This document shows, in pieces, positions 42,429-55,647 of a DNA stretch of 64,000 nt. Below the pieces are notes generated by a model. The model searched no databases and was not told the DNA's origin. It was given only the letters and a program-made list of their open reading frames with translations. The position numbers were made by a program, and so were the translations under genes. This DNA is from Cirrosporium novae-zelandiae (taxonomy: Eukaryota). Location of the stretch: assembly GCA_026023565.1 (NCBI GenBank), contig JAPETS010000003.1:1240001-1304000 (forward strand), read 5' to 3'. Position 1 is the first letter of the stretch; each line of letters opens with the position of its first letter.

Positions 42429-43476
42429 ATTAACCTATACTCAAACCCAGGAAACTGGACCGGCCTTCCTAGTCATTATACCCTTTTCAAGGCTGATGCT
42501 GAGATTAAGAAAGCTGACTTGTGCGGTCTGCAACCAATATTCTACTGGTGATTTATATCTAAGTTCCCGCTGCTGTGCATGGATATTTCCTTTCGGTTTC
42601 TGCTCTGCGAAGGGCCTCGGTTTCGTTTAACAGTCCGATCCACCAGGATTCCGTTCTGATTCTTTTTTTCTAAATTCACTACCTCTTTTTGACTAACAGA
42701 ACGAACCGCATTATTCGGGGCATCTGGAGCATCTGGCATACGTAATGCTACTGCGGACCGGGGCGGCAGCTGTCATCCATTTTTTGCAACACTAATTCCC
42801 CTCTTTCTTCTCTCGCCATTAACAGCATTGAGGACTTTCTCGTTTGATGATTTCATGGGTGGATGAAAGCGATGAAAGCGAAGCGAATGATAACGAAATA
42901 TGCTTCGCGGCGAGGGTTATTACTTGAGCAAGACGTAAAGGTTGCGAAATTGATCATAGTTGATGGGTTCTATGTTGGTTGCTTGGTTTAAGACGTTCAC
43001 AATGCAAACTTTGCATATGACAGTGATGAGGCATGCATAACGTATGGTTTTCTACAAGGGAATGCAGAGTGCCAAATTCACGCGCGAGGCAGGCCTCCCT
43101 GATTGTGTATTAGTACACTACTGCACTGGCAATACCAATGATGATTGGATGTGTCATGCGTCTTTAGTATACTATGAATGGAGACTCCTGGTTTCGGATG
43201 ATGCTATTTGCTAGCCGTATCTTATTTAGAACAAGGAAGATATCAAGCGTAAGATATAAACTTGTCAAAATACCTTTTTAGAACTCGACAGCCATGACAG
43301 CATAATACAAAAAAAACCCCCCCATGGTAACATTTGCCAAGGCCGGTGGCTTTTAGGCACCAAGCTGAACAGAAAGCTGAGAGCACTGTAGCCTGGGGAA
43401 GCTGCCATGTATATAATATTCTCGAGTCAGCAGCATCAGAATATTTCTTCTAGATTCAGATTTCATATACGACACC

Positions 43477-44307
43477 ATGGATAGGAAACCATTGAGAGTT
43501 TTGTGCTTACATGGAAGGGGTGGCAATGCTGAAGTGAGTGGCTTCTTGTATAGACAATTATTTGGAATTTTCTGATTATGAGATCATATGTGTAGGCCTT
43601 CGAGATGCAGACAGGACTCCTGAGAAAACGTCTGAGTGACATCGCTGAATTTGACTTTATCAATGGAAGAATGCTATGGCCGCAAGCAAAAGGTATATCC
43701 TAAGAAGGAATTAACCTGAACTGTTTCCAATGGTTTCTTTGTAGAACTCCGTCTATTCTTCTCTCCGGAGATGATCTATTACGCCCATTATGATCCAGGC
43801 GCCCCAGAAACTATCCATGAATCAGAAACACTGATGTTGAATACGGTCAAAGAGAAGGGGCCATATGATGGTGTAATGGCATTTTCTCAAGGGTGTTCAA
43901 TGGCGGCCGCACTGATGTTGAGGTTGTTGGAGAAGTCCATGTTTCGCTTTGCCATTTTTCTATGCGGTAGTGGTGTCGATGGGGTGAAGGATACTCTCAA
44001 GCGGCAGGCCCAGAGAGGAAATGATGACAAGAACAACATTAAGACAGGCGTTAAAGAAGTTGAATCAAAATCACCTGGTTTATGGCCGACACCGAACGAT
44101 TTCCTGTCATCTATCTCCACGATGCATGTTCTGGGGGGTGAACAAGATCCGTGGATTGATGAAGGTCGGGCATTATATGAATTGTGTGGAGGAGAAGCTG
44201 GAAATACAAGAATATGGGATCACGGCCAAGGACATCAAATCCCACTTTCCATGATGGCGACGAGGAAGATGGAGACATTGTTTAGAGAGACTGTAGATAG
44301 AAAGTAG
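43477..44307 (+). CDS. FSH/OVCA2-family serine hydrolase; exons 43477-43533, 43596-43692, 43745-44307
   Basis: LRVLCLHGRG, GPYDGVMAFSQG (nucleophile elbow), TMHVLGGEQD, HGQGHQIP; two introns join in frame. Confidence 0.88.
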
Positions 44308-44361
44308 GCAACGATTAATTAATAATTCCTAATTAGCAAAGGGTAATTGTCGGCTTCTGAG

Positions 44362-44367
44362 CCTCGG
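44362..44367 (+). promoter_or_regulatory. Candidate FarA/FarB fatty-acid response element (CCTCGG) upstream of PEX5
   Basis: Exact CCTCGG about 260 bp upstream of the PEX5 ATG, in a 320-bp intergenic region. Confidence 0.5.
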
Positions 44368-44627
44368 CTGTGGGGGAGCCGGTGAGAGGGTAACGGAAAC
44401 AAACATGTCCATCTCCACGTTGATTTGTGAGATTACTCGAGTACCGTCACGCTGCGCATGAAATCTGCCAGGACAACGCAACACACAAGTTTCAATTCTC
44501 CTTTTTTTTTGTCTCATCGAAGATTATATCGGCCTTCAGCTCTTTCTAGAATATAGTTGACATTAGTTATATATTCCCTTCTCAAACTCGACTCGTACCC
44601 CGCCACACCCCCACCTCATAATTTACG

Positions 44628-46743
44628 ATGTCCTTCCTGGGCGGTGCCGAATGCTCGACAGCGGGCAATCCTTTAACGCAATTTACGAAACATGTTCAAG
44701 ATGATAATTCATTACAGAGGGATCGGCTGGTTGGAAGGGGACCGGGAGGTATACAAGAAGGCATGCGGAGCCAACAATTCATGGGAGGTTCGGACAAGGT
44801 TCGATTTTCGAATTTATGGCCTATATCTGGTTTATTGTCAGAGGAGACTGGTCATAGAATAGCCTCCCTATCCATTAAAATGGCTGGCCGAGAATACCCC
44901 TTAGCTAGAAATTGGCAAATGCATGAGAGCATCGAGCTAATTTGAGTATGTATAGATGATGGACGAATTTATGCAACAGTCAGGACATATACCCCCCGGA
45001 CCTGCACAGCCTTTTGCTATGGAACAAATGCGAAGGGAATTAGAAAATATACATGCAAATGCGCCTCCGCGGACAGGATCGCCTGGATGGGCAGCTGAAT
45101 TCAACCCTGCGGAGCAGGCTAGGATGGAGAATGCCTTTCAGGGACCCCAGATCCAAGGAAATGGTTTCAGTCCATCAGAGTTTGCACAGTTTCAACAAAA
45201 CGGGCGACATGAAGTTGATAGAACGGCGTCTCCTGCGACAAGTACACTAGGCACAATGAGTGGATACCAAAGACCCATGGGAATGGGTTATGGAATGGGA
45301 ATGGGAGGTTACGGGATGATGAGCCAATCTATGTATATGCAACGTCCTATGAATAATATGACACAGCAGGATGTCAAGGGAAAGGGAAAAGAGCGAATGA
45401 TAGAGCTTGACGACGAAAACTGGGAGGCTCAATTTGCTCAGATTGATGCTGCAGGTCAGAAGAACTTGGACGAAGAGGCCAACGCGGCTATGGAGGCAGA
45501 GCTTAATGAATTAGACAGGTCAGTCCCCTCAGGGAAAGATGATTTTGGTGACTTTGAGAGTGTTTGGAAAGGAATACAAGCTGAAATTGCCGCGGAGAAA
45601 AGACAAATGGCAGGCGACCAGCAACAGTTCTCAAACGTTGATCTCGATAACATGCATATGGGGGAACTTGACCAATGGGAAGGGTTTGAAAATTTGCCAA
45701 CCCATGCTAACGTCCGTGATCCCATGCTCGGGGATTATATGTTTGAAGATGAAAACATGTTTAAGAACGTGGATAACCCGTTTGAAGAGGGCATGCATAT
45801 AATGAACACCAATGGAAACCTGTCCCTTGCCGCGCTCGCTTTTGAAGCCGCTGTTCAAAAAGACTCCCAACACGTTGAAGCCTGGACGATGCTTGGAACT
45901 GCCCAAGCACAGAACGAAAAGGAATCACCAGCTATCCGTGCTCTCGAACAAGCTCTTCGCCTCGACCCCTCCAATGCCGAAGCCCTCATGAATCTTGCCG
46001 TCTCGTACACAAACGAAGGTTACGATACTGCTGCCTATCGCACCCTTGAGCGCTGGCTCTCGACGAAATATCCACAGCTCCTCTCCCCAAATAACCTAAC
46101 ACCCGAATCCGACATTGGTTTTACCGACCGCCACAACTTCCACTCCAAAGTAACAGACCTCTTCATCAAAGCCGCGCAGCTCTCCCCCACTGGTGAGCAA
46201 ATGGATCCTGATGTTCAAGTCGGGCTCGGCGTCTTATTCTATGGCGATGAGGAGTACACCAAGGCTGTCGATTGTTTCAACGCTGCTCTTGCATCAACCG
46301 AGCAAGGCATCTCTACAAACCGCCAGCAGCTTCCGCTATTATGGAATCGTCTCGGCGCCACTCTTGCTAACTCCGGACGTAGCGAAGAAGCCATAGCTGC
46401 ATACGAACATGCCCTAACTCTAAACCCCAACTTTGTTCGCGCGCGTTATAACCTCGGTGTCTCATGCATTAACATTGGATGTTATCCCGAAGCAGCACAG
46501 CATCTCCTTGGCGCGTTGGCAATGCATGAAGTTGTTGCACGGGAGGGGATAGAAAAAGTGAAGGGCGTGGTGGGAGATGGGGTTGGAGAAGAACAGCTAG
46601 AGAAAATGGTGGGTCAGAACCAGAGTACGAATTTGTTTGATACATTGCGGAGGGTGTTTGGACATATGGGTAGGAGGGATTTAGCCGATAAGGTGGGAAT
46701 GGGGATGGATGTGGAGAGTTTTAGGGGAGAGTTCGAGTTTTAG
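44628..46743 (+). CDS. PEX5: PTS1 receptor Pex5; exons 44628-44798, 44956-46743
   Basis: MSFLGGAECS with the conserved Cys, WxxxF motifs (WAAEF, WEAQF), TPR motifs QAQNEKE, SYTNEG, LWNRLGATLAN, RARYNLGVSCINIG. Confidence 0.97.
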
Positions 46744-47330
46744 ATGTGTTTGGATGTTAGTAGGTATGATTATTTGGCGTGAATAAATGACACATGACCA
46801 GGGAGGAAATCGGAATCATGGCTTATTTTTTATGAACATAGAGCAAGAACGTATGGCTTCAAGATGATGCCCCACCCAAGCAACTTAGGATTCAATTGAA
46901 TAAGCACTTGATGCATTTAGCCATGTGTATAAGAAGGGATGAAATGGTGCATAGGTTGGTGGCGTTGAGAATGGAGTTGAGATTTCTATCTATAAATATA
47001 CCACCTAAGGAAATTCCATATTGACCTGCATGCGCACCTTCCGTCTCACCCGAAAAACCCACAATTGTTTTTTTTTAAAAAAAGTTGTTTCCTAACATCA
47101 CTATGATACAGCTGTGGGGCATATTTTGCGTAAAAGGACCAATATCCGGTCCAGGACTTTTGAGACAAGACAATAAAAGGAGGAGGATTGGTACAAAAGA
47201 AGATAAAAAGATAATCCAGCTCGCTCCAGTCTTATCCATATATCATCGTCGTGGTTAGTATCAGGATGATCAAATCATTTTACACATTCCATGCCGTTTC
47301 ATAATCTCAGCAACCTTCTCCCACGCAGCA

Positions 47331-48267
47331 TTAGTTGTCGGAACCAAAATCCGAAGATCCGGATCGGTTGAACTTTGGAGGCCTTGGAGTGCTATAGTCA
47401 ACTCTCAATTTTCGTCCATATAACTCCATTCCGTTTAGTTTCTCGAGGGCTTTCGTTGCGCTCTCCTGGTCTACGAAGTCGGCATGTGCAAACCCTCTTG
47501 GTTTTCCCGTTGCCCTATCAACGGATACTCTGACATCGGTAACATTTCCAATTTCTTTGAAGAGGTTGTTGAGATCTTGATCGGTCATGGTCCAGGCGAG
47601 ATTACCAATGAATATGGAATTGGTAGGAGCAGAGCGGGGACCAGTACCTACTTCCGAAGGAGCCTTCTTTATGGCGAAGTTGGTAATGATCGTGCGACCT
47701 AGGAAGTTTGTGTCATGGAATCGTTTGATGGCTTCGGCTGCTTGCTCTGTGGTTTCGAAGCTTACATAGCCAAAGCTGAATAATTGTTAGTATTTGGAGA
47801 GGACGAGGAAGGCAAAAAAAAGACGTACCCTCTGCTTAGGCCTCGGTAATCTCGGAGAATATGACTCTGAGTGACTTCGCCGATATCTGAAAACAACTCC
47901 TTCAGGTCTGCTTCAGTTGCGTCGAAACTGATATTGCCAACATAGACAGTTTCATTTGGGGGGGCAGGGCTTCGTGCACCAGAAAATGGCTTCGTTGAAG
48001 GCGCCGGATCTTCTTGAAGGATAGTATCATCTTGCGCATCATCACTGGCCCATCGTCTTTGCAGAAGAAATGCACCGGGACGTTGAGTATTCCTTAAGGT
48101 AACTAATGAGGAATTGATGGTAGCAAAAGCTCTCTTTGGCACTGGCACATAGCGTCCATACGCTGGACGAGCAGCTAGAACCCTGAGACCAAATTGCCTT
48201 AAACCGTACCTATTTTGTAAAAATTAGCTGGGGACTCGCTTGCTTATTGACTAGTCTCGACTTACAT
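47331..48267 (-). CDS. Two-RRM RNA-binding protein with a mitochondrial-type presequence; exons 48267-48266, 48209-47829, 47775-47331
   Basis: RNP2 motifs VYVGNI and IFIGNL; RNP1 motifs RG|FGYVSF and RGFAHADF. Arg-rich, acid-free N-terminus MYGLRQFGLRVLAARP...RRWAS. Start codon is split AT|G. Confidence 0.88.
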
Positions 48268-49000
48268 GGTGAAGACGATAAAGGTGTGGAAGATTGATGA
48301 AGAGAGTGGATGAGGTAGTAGAGTGGGGATTGTAGTGATGAGGGGATTAAACAATAGATGATCAAAAAGGTCAATCTGTTGTGTGAAGGGTAGTGAAAAA
48401 GGAAGATGGAACTTTTCTCGTCTGTCCCGGATGAAAATGATAATTACTGGGACCAACCATAAAGAGTTAGGTCCAAGGTGTTATCAAAGGGAACTTATTT
48501 TGAATGATGGGTGGTATCGGGGGTATCGGGAATATCAGGAAAGAGCCGTGAGAGAAAAACACAAAGATCGGTCGGTGGTCCTTTCGATTCCTTCCGTCCT
48601 TCGTCCATCTCTTGAAAAGCTTTTAATTACACCCAAGCTCTGGCACTATGGTCGAACAGGGGATCGAGCTCGACAAGGTTTAAAGTTCAAAAGGTCGAAA
48701 AGCCACGAATGCACATCTCTCTTTCAATCGGTTGAGGATTGAAATAGATACATTAACGTCTTATCCCTTACAACTAAATTTATTCTTATTTTCTTCCCTC
48801 TTCGCTCTTCCCTCGAACCTCTTTTACCTCTCACATTATTTCCTCAACTCTCCTTAAAATGCCAGGTTAGGGCCTTTTCCTTCATCATTCATCTGCCCTT
48901 TATCAATTGGAACTATTCCCCCACATTCTATCCTCACTCTTAGTGATTAGCCCTTCCCTTTTTTTCTCAACTGCCTTACTTGGCCTCATTTCATTCAACC

Positions 49001-51514
49001 ATGACCTCCTCCCCTTCAATGCTCCGCTATCGAGGCGGACAGAGCTCCAAGAAGGCTGCAGGTCCCCAAGATGTATTCGATCAGGATCCAATTAAGATTG
49101 GTCCAAGAACCAAAAAGGGCAAATGGCGCATTCAGGATCTGGACTATAAGATCGCACTGACCATTATAACGGTGCTTGCATTCTTAACCAGATTTTGGGG
49201 TATCACACATCCAGACCAGGTTGTGTTTGATGAAGTACACTTTGGCAAGGTTAGTCTCGCCAGAGAATATATCCAACGACTCTTGACTTAGATGGAGTCA
49301 AAAATCCGACAGAGTCAGGCACCCCCTGGAATTATTTGCTAATGTGCGCATATAGTTTGCGTCCTACTATCTTCAACGAACCTATTTTTTCGATGTTCAC
49401 CCACCTTTTGGGAAGCTGCTTTTTGCTTTCGTGGGATGGCTAGTTGGTTATGATGGGTCATTCTTGTTTGAAAATATAGGAGATTCGTACATCGAGAACA
49501 AAGTGCCCTATGTCGCTTATCGTTCCTTGCCTGCCCTTATGGGATCTCTGACAGTCACTATGACCTTCATGATCATGTGGGAATCAGGATATTCACTGCC
49601 TGCATGTGTCGTTGCAGCTGGACTGGTTCTATTTGACAACGCACACGTTGGCCAGACCCGATTGATTTTGCTGGATGCTACGTTGGTTTTCGCCATGTCA
49701 ATCAGCATTTATTGTTATATCCGTTTCTATAAGCTTCGTCATGACCCATTTAGCCGTAAGTGGTGGAAATGGTTGCTGATGACCGGAATCTCTATGAGCT
49801 GTGGAATTTCTACCAAATATGTCGGTGTATTTGTTTTCTTCACCGTCGGATCTGCAGTTCTCCTTGACCTGTGGGGCCTCCTTGACATCAATCGAAAGGA
49901 AGGAGCCTTGTCTCTTGTGGAGTTTGCAAAACATTTCGCTGCTCGTGCTATTGGTCTCATCATTGTGCCGTTTTTCTTCTACCTTTTCTGGTTTCAGGTA
50001 CATTTTGCAATTCTCACGAGATCTGGTCCTGGTGATGATTTTATGTCTCCCCAATTCCAAGAGACACTTAGCGATAACCTCATGGCTCTAAGTTCCGTTG
50101 GCATTGAGTATTATGACTCAATACAGATACGACACAAAGAGACAAAGGTTTATCTACACAGCCACCCAGACAAATATCCCCTACGATACGAAGATGGGAG
50201 AATTTCCAGCCAAGGCCAACAAGTCACCGGATATCCTTATAATGATACAAATAATTACTGGCAAGTTTTGCCAGCACAGGCTTTCCCAGAGGATAAGCTG
50301 CTGGGGCATCCGGTGAAAAACTTCGAAGTGATCAGACTTCGTCATTTGGGAACAGACTCTATGCTACTTACTCACGATGTAGCTTCGCCATATTATCCTA
50401 CCAACGAGGAATTCACCACAGTTCCCATGGAAGAAGCTAACGGGGAACGATTCAACGACACTTTGTTTGAATTGAGAATCGAGCAGGGCAAGCCAAACCT
50501 TCAGTGGAAGACTATGTCTGGACACTTCAAGCTCATTCACGTCCCTACAAAGGTGGCTATGTGGACCCACACCAAGCCACTTCCAGAATGGGCCTACAAA
50601 CAAGCTGAAATCAACGGCAACAAAAACGTTCAACAAAGCAGCAACGTCTGGTATGTTGAAGATATTCCATCCATTCCAGAGGGAAGCAAAAGGTTGGAAA
50701 AACAACCCAGGCAGATTAAGACTTTGCCTTTCTGGAAGAAGTACCTGGAACTACAACGGTTAATGTTCATCCACAACAACGCCCTTACCAGCAGCCATCC
50801 ATATGCCAGTTTTCCATTTCAATGGCCATTCTTACTGCGTGGCGTGAGCTTCTGGACCCAGAACGAGACAAGAGAACAGATTTACTTCCTTGGAAACCCT
50901 ATTGGCTGGTGGCTAGCAAGCAGTTTGCTTGCTGTATTTGCTGGCGTTCTTGGTGCTGATCAACTATCGCTTCGGCGTGGAGTAGACGCCTTGGATCACC
51001 GTATGTCTTTTTATTCCAGTAAAGCAATGCCTAATAAAGTGATGAATCAATGCTGACTATAATTTTTCTAATAGGTACAAGATCTCGTTTATACAATTCT
51101 ACAGGCTTCTTCTTCCTTTGTTGGGCTAATCATTACCTCCCCTTCTATCTCATGGGCCGTCAACTCTTCCTTCATCACTATCTGCCAGCACATTTGTGCT
51201 CTGCACTAGTTACTGGTGCCCTGATTGAATTCATATTCAATTTTGAGCCATTCGCAGATGACCTCGAGACGGACATGGAGGTTGGTAAGGCAGGAAAGAA
51301 AAGGCCTGGGGTCGCTAACCGGAGAAGTTTTCCATCCGCTAAAGGAAGTGCTAAAGTCACCTTGTATACATGGATTGCTGTACTGGTAATCCTGGCTGCT
51401 GTGATATCTGGCTGGTATTTCTTCTTGCCGCTTACCTATGGATACCCTGGTTTGACTGTTGACCAAGTCAATGCTCGGAAATGGCTGGGTTACGATTTAC
51501 ATTTTGCTAAGTAA
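49001..51514 (+). CDS. PMT4: Dolichyl-phosphate-mannose protein O-mannosyltransferase, PMT4 subfamily; exons 49001-49249, 49356-51000, 51075-51514
   Basis: VVFDEVHFGK|FASYYLQRTYFFDVHPP, TRLILLD, MIR-domain region (YLHSHPDKYPLRY...QQVTGY), GRQLFLHHYLPAH. Confidence 0.92.
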
Positions 51515-51871
51515 ACGTCTATGAAAGAGGGGTCACAGGCTTTGGAGAAAAGTGGGAGGCGTTCATGACGTCGATTTATCAGAATCCTGATTGATCAATG
51601 CTTTCCTAAAAATTAAATATGATCTTGTATGATGATACCTCCATTCGAAAAGTTCTAGATTAAGTGTAGAACATTGGTGCGATCCGGAAGCGTACATTGT
51701 ACAGCATATATACAAACGACAGAAAATATCTCGTAGCTTTTCAGCGGAAAAGATCTTGGAGAATTGGGCAATTATGCGCGTGCTCATGGGGTAATGCATG
51801 AGTTCCAAGTTGGTGTTTCTCAAATGACCAGCCTTTCCTTTCCCATTACTTCATCACATAAACTCCAATTT

Positions 51872-52381
51872 CTATTTCTTTGTTTGATCTGCTGCAACCT
51901 GGTTCAAATATGCCTCCAAATCAAACCTCGAGTCATTAGGATCCGTTATAACTGTAATTTTCTATTAGTATATCTGGCTCGTACGGCTTCCCTCGAACCG
52001 GAAGCTTAAGGGATAGCCCGGAGGGAATCATACTATTACCACTAGCAGTCTTCTTCTCAGGCGGCAATTGCTGCTTTGTCCACTCCGCCTTGGCCTGTTG
52101 GATCAGGTCTGCCTTGCGTTTATATTCGGCATCAATTTGAGCCATCTTCGCTTTTGAAGTCAAGGAGCTATGCTTCCTCAGTAAATACTCCGTTTAATTG
52201 TATCAATAATGGTACCTCTGATGCATGAACCCGTAGAAGACTCCGAATCCAAGCGCAGAATATCTAAGAACCTATTAGAAGTTGAAATGCTCGGTCAGTC
52301 AAGAGTATTAGAAGTTGAATTGGCTATTGGTGAGCCCTCCGGAAGAGTGAGGGACCTTACGTTTACCCCCGAAGTTGCCAT
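51872..52381 (-). CDS. ATP21: Mitochondrial ATP synthase subunit e; exons 52381-52361, 52271-52216, 52167-52034, 51951-51872
   Basis: Spliced product MATSGVNVLRYSALGFGVFYGFMHQ...LIQQAKAEW...IITDPNDSRFDLEAYL; GxxxG in the membrane helix. Confidence 0.92.
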
Positions 52382-52835
52382 CTCGTCAGATCTACCTTTT
52401 TTGAAGCATGAAATGACGGGGATATAAGCGAAGGGGTTAATAGAGGGGCGAATAAAGTAACCCGGAAGGAGTGGAGAGGAGGAGAGGAGGCAACTAAGTC
52501 TGGGGTAGAAGTTGGTTTGGTTCGAGATATGATTTTCGCGCTTTCCCGGCTGGAGCTTTGGTTCAGTGTCGAAAGGATGTTTGCCCTGTTTGTTTTGATT
52601 TGAACATCTCCCTTTCTAGCAACAATCGAACACTGATATTAAAGCTGAGATATTTCACTTATTTTACGTCAAAGCATTATTATACCCATTAAGTTGACAG
52701 AGATCACTGCTAGGACTATCTCCTCCACGTCTATGTATATGCTTGAGGCTGTGATCAGTCCATCGCGCTGACCATTACCCCGGTCTTCCGATATTCAGTA
52801 CGAAGTCTCATGAAACACGACCTTGGTCAGTCGCG

Positions 52836-55168
52836 ATGCAAGCCCGAAAAGTAAGAAGCCGAATATATAATAGACATATCCCGTACTGACTGTCCGTTCT
52901 TTCTTAACCAGGATGAAATATTAGCCAAAAAAGCTAAGGCGCGTGTCGCTCCCTTCGCTTCTCCCCATCGAAGGTTATATCTAACAAGATGTTTAGCTCG
53001 CCGAATTAAAGCGCCAACGTGAATTAAGACAGAAGGAGTTCTCAGCGGCACGGCACAGTATATCTACAGAGGGAACGGAGGTTTGATTCCCCCCCATACC
53101 TTTCTCTACCAATCACTGACAACAAATTCCCAGCTAGTTTCTCCGACCCCTCGAAGCGCTGGGAGTAGGCGGGAACTCGATGAATTGATCAATACTTTAG
53201 TTGGTGAAGGAAGGTCCGCCTCTGGATCGGTAACACCAAGAGATATCATTGGATCACCATCGCCTAGACGAGGATTAGGAAGTCGACCGGGCTCTGTCCA
53301 GAGTGCTACACAGCTTAGTGGAGAGAATGCAGACTTAAGCACTGATTCAACAAGGAATTCTACAGGGTCACAAATTCAAATACAGTCACTATCTACGCAA
53401 ACCCTTACCACTGCTCCGCTATCTACGGTATTCGAATTTAAACCCGAACCTGAACCTGAAATCCTAAATTACAGCAAGGCAGTGCAAACCACTGAGCCAT
53501 GGTCACCTCAACGAGGTAGATCAAGAGATGGTGTGTCTGACTCGGAGGATGATCAATCACCTTCCCGGACGTCAAGGGCAAGCAAACGATTGAGTAGAAG
53601 AGAACGAGAAAAGGATGAAGAGCTACGAGAAAACCTGAGAAGAGAAATTGAGGAGGAGCTTAAGGCGGTCCGGGATTCCAACGTGAATGGCGCTGCAGCT
53701 CTAAATGGAAAGCAAAACTTCCCCGCGCGTGCTCTAACGAATGAAGAATTGAATGCTGTTGTCTCATCGAATGAATTCTTAGATTTTGTGGAGAGGTCAA
53801 GCAAAGTCATAGAAAGAGCGCTGGATCAAGAATACGATATATTAGCAGACTATGCACTTGATGGTATACAGGCCGCTGACGAAGAAGATGAAGAGTTTGG
53901 AGGACCAAGGGGTAAGAAGAGGAGGGGTATACGTGAAATCGCCCAATTTTGGGATGAACGTTGGAGCAAGAAAAGAATGATCACAGACATCGGCTTTTCC
54001 CCAAAGGTGATTGGACGTCATTCCCCATTGGAATAACTTATGCTGATCTTTTCCACAGTTTCCTGAGCTTATCCTAGCCTCTTATACAAAAAATCCCACA
54101 GCCCCCCATGATCCTGATGGGCTCGTTCAAATTTGGAATCTTCATCTCCACGATCGTCCGGAGTACACCTTTCATGCCCAGTCTGATATTCTGACTGCAC
54201 AGTTTTCTCCATTCCATCCTAATCTCATTGTGGGGGGTGCCTATAGTGGCCAGGTGCTTTTATGGGACACACGTTCACGTTCCTCCGCTCCCGTTCAGAA
54301 GACCCCCCTTACTGCAACCGGCCACACCCATCCAATATACTCACTTTCGCTCATCGGAACACAGAATGCACACAACATTCTATCATGCTCTACCGATGGC
54401 GTTGTTTGTGGTTGGACCGTCGACATGCTTTCCCAACCCCAAGAATGCCTGGAATTATTAACCCCCCCCCCTTCTAAAACTGATGACCTTGCTCCAACGT
54501 GCATGGCGTTCCCGCACTCAGATCCCACTTACTTTCTAGTAGGCACCGAAGAGGGTACAATATACCCATGTCATCGTTACGATCGAGCTGGTGCAAAAGC
54601 GGGAACAGACACTCGTCTCTCCTATCGTGGTCATGCGGCTCCCATTATGTCTCTTTCATTTCATCCAGCTCGGGGTCCTGTCGATTTGGGTGATCTTGTA
54701 CTCTCATCTTCCCTCGACTGGTCGGTCAAACTCTGGAAGGTTGTGCCTCCTGCCGCTACCTCTACCGCTGCAGGTGGCTCCCAACAAATCGTCCGTCCAC
54801 TTCTTGACTTTGTTCGTGAGGATGTTGTCTATGATGCTCGTTGGAGCCCAACACGGCCAGGGGTTTTCGCTTTAGTGGACGGGGCTGGGAATGTCGAGGT
54901 ATGGGATATTAACAAAGAAACAGAGATACCAATAGCCAAGGAACAGCCGAGTCGTGGGAAAAGTGGACTCGGTCCCCTTGTCAAGAGTTTAAATAAAGTT
55001 GCCTGGGAAGAAAAGGAGGGCAAGAGACTTGCAACTGGTGGGTTAGATGGTGTGCTAACTATTTTTGAAGTGGGAGGAGAGCTAGGCGGAGGTGAGGGGG
55101 TCAAGGCGGATGAGTGGGCAGGGGTTAGAAGATTAGTGAGGAGGCTGGATAAGGAGATGTCAGCATGA
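52836..55168 (+). CDS. Cytoplasmic dynein intermediate chain (WD40); exons 52836-52850, 52912-52938, 52997-53080, 53134-54006, 54059-55168
   Basis: N-terminal MQARKDEILAKKAKLAELKRQRE coil, YSKAVQT light-chain site, FSPK|FPEL, GGAYSGQVLLWD, GHTHPIY, SSSLDWSVKLW. Intron 2 is GC-AG. Confidence 0.93.
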
Positions 55169-55647
55169 TGAATTGTTCGTGTATTTATGAGGGGAATGAA
55201 ATGGGGTCTCGGCGCGATTATGTCCAATAGTTAGGCTAATGGGTCATATATTCCCTGGGTGCTCTTTACTTCTTTGTACACTTTTCTATGGTCGTATGGA
55301 AATTTGCCTACTCTATCCTAGTGATTGAACCCAGACTAGAGGAAGTGAACCATGCGAGAAGAATAATCACGTTTTTCAGGCCTTTGATAAAAATAATAAT
55401 AATTATATTTGTTTCCAATATTTTTATGTCTTTGCTCCTCAGGTGCTCAATGGGTCAAGGGCCAAGGGCTGACGCGGTCGAGTTTTAAGTTATCGGCTAT
55501 GGTGCATTAAACCGCCGAGTGCCAAGTGCCGATTGTGCGATTCAAAGAGAACAACTAGACTACATAGTATCCGGAGAACAGCTTTATGCTCCTCCGTCTC
55601 TAGTATATATCTTTGGCAGCATAGTTCTTCATTTCTAGAGACCAACC

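Noticed and set aside
43023..43102. GTGATGA...CTGA spacing resembling a C/D box snoRNA
   Set aside because: Weak terminal stem, no clear C'/D' pair, and no rRNA or snRNA complementarity that I could recognise.
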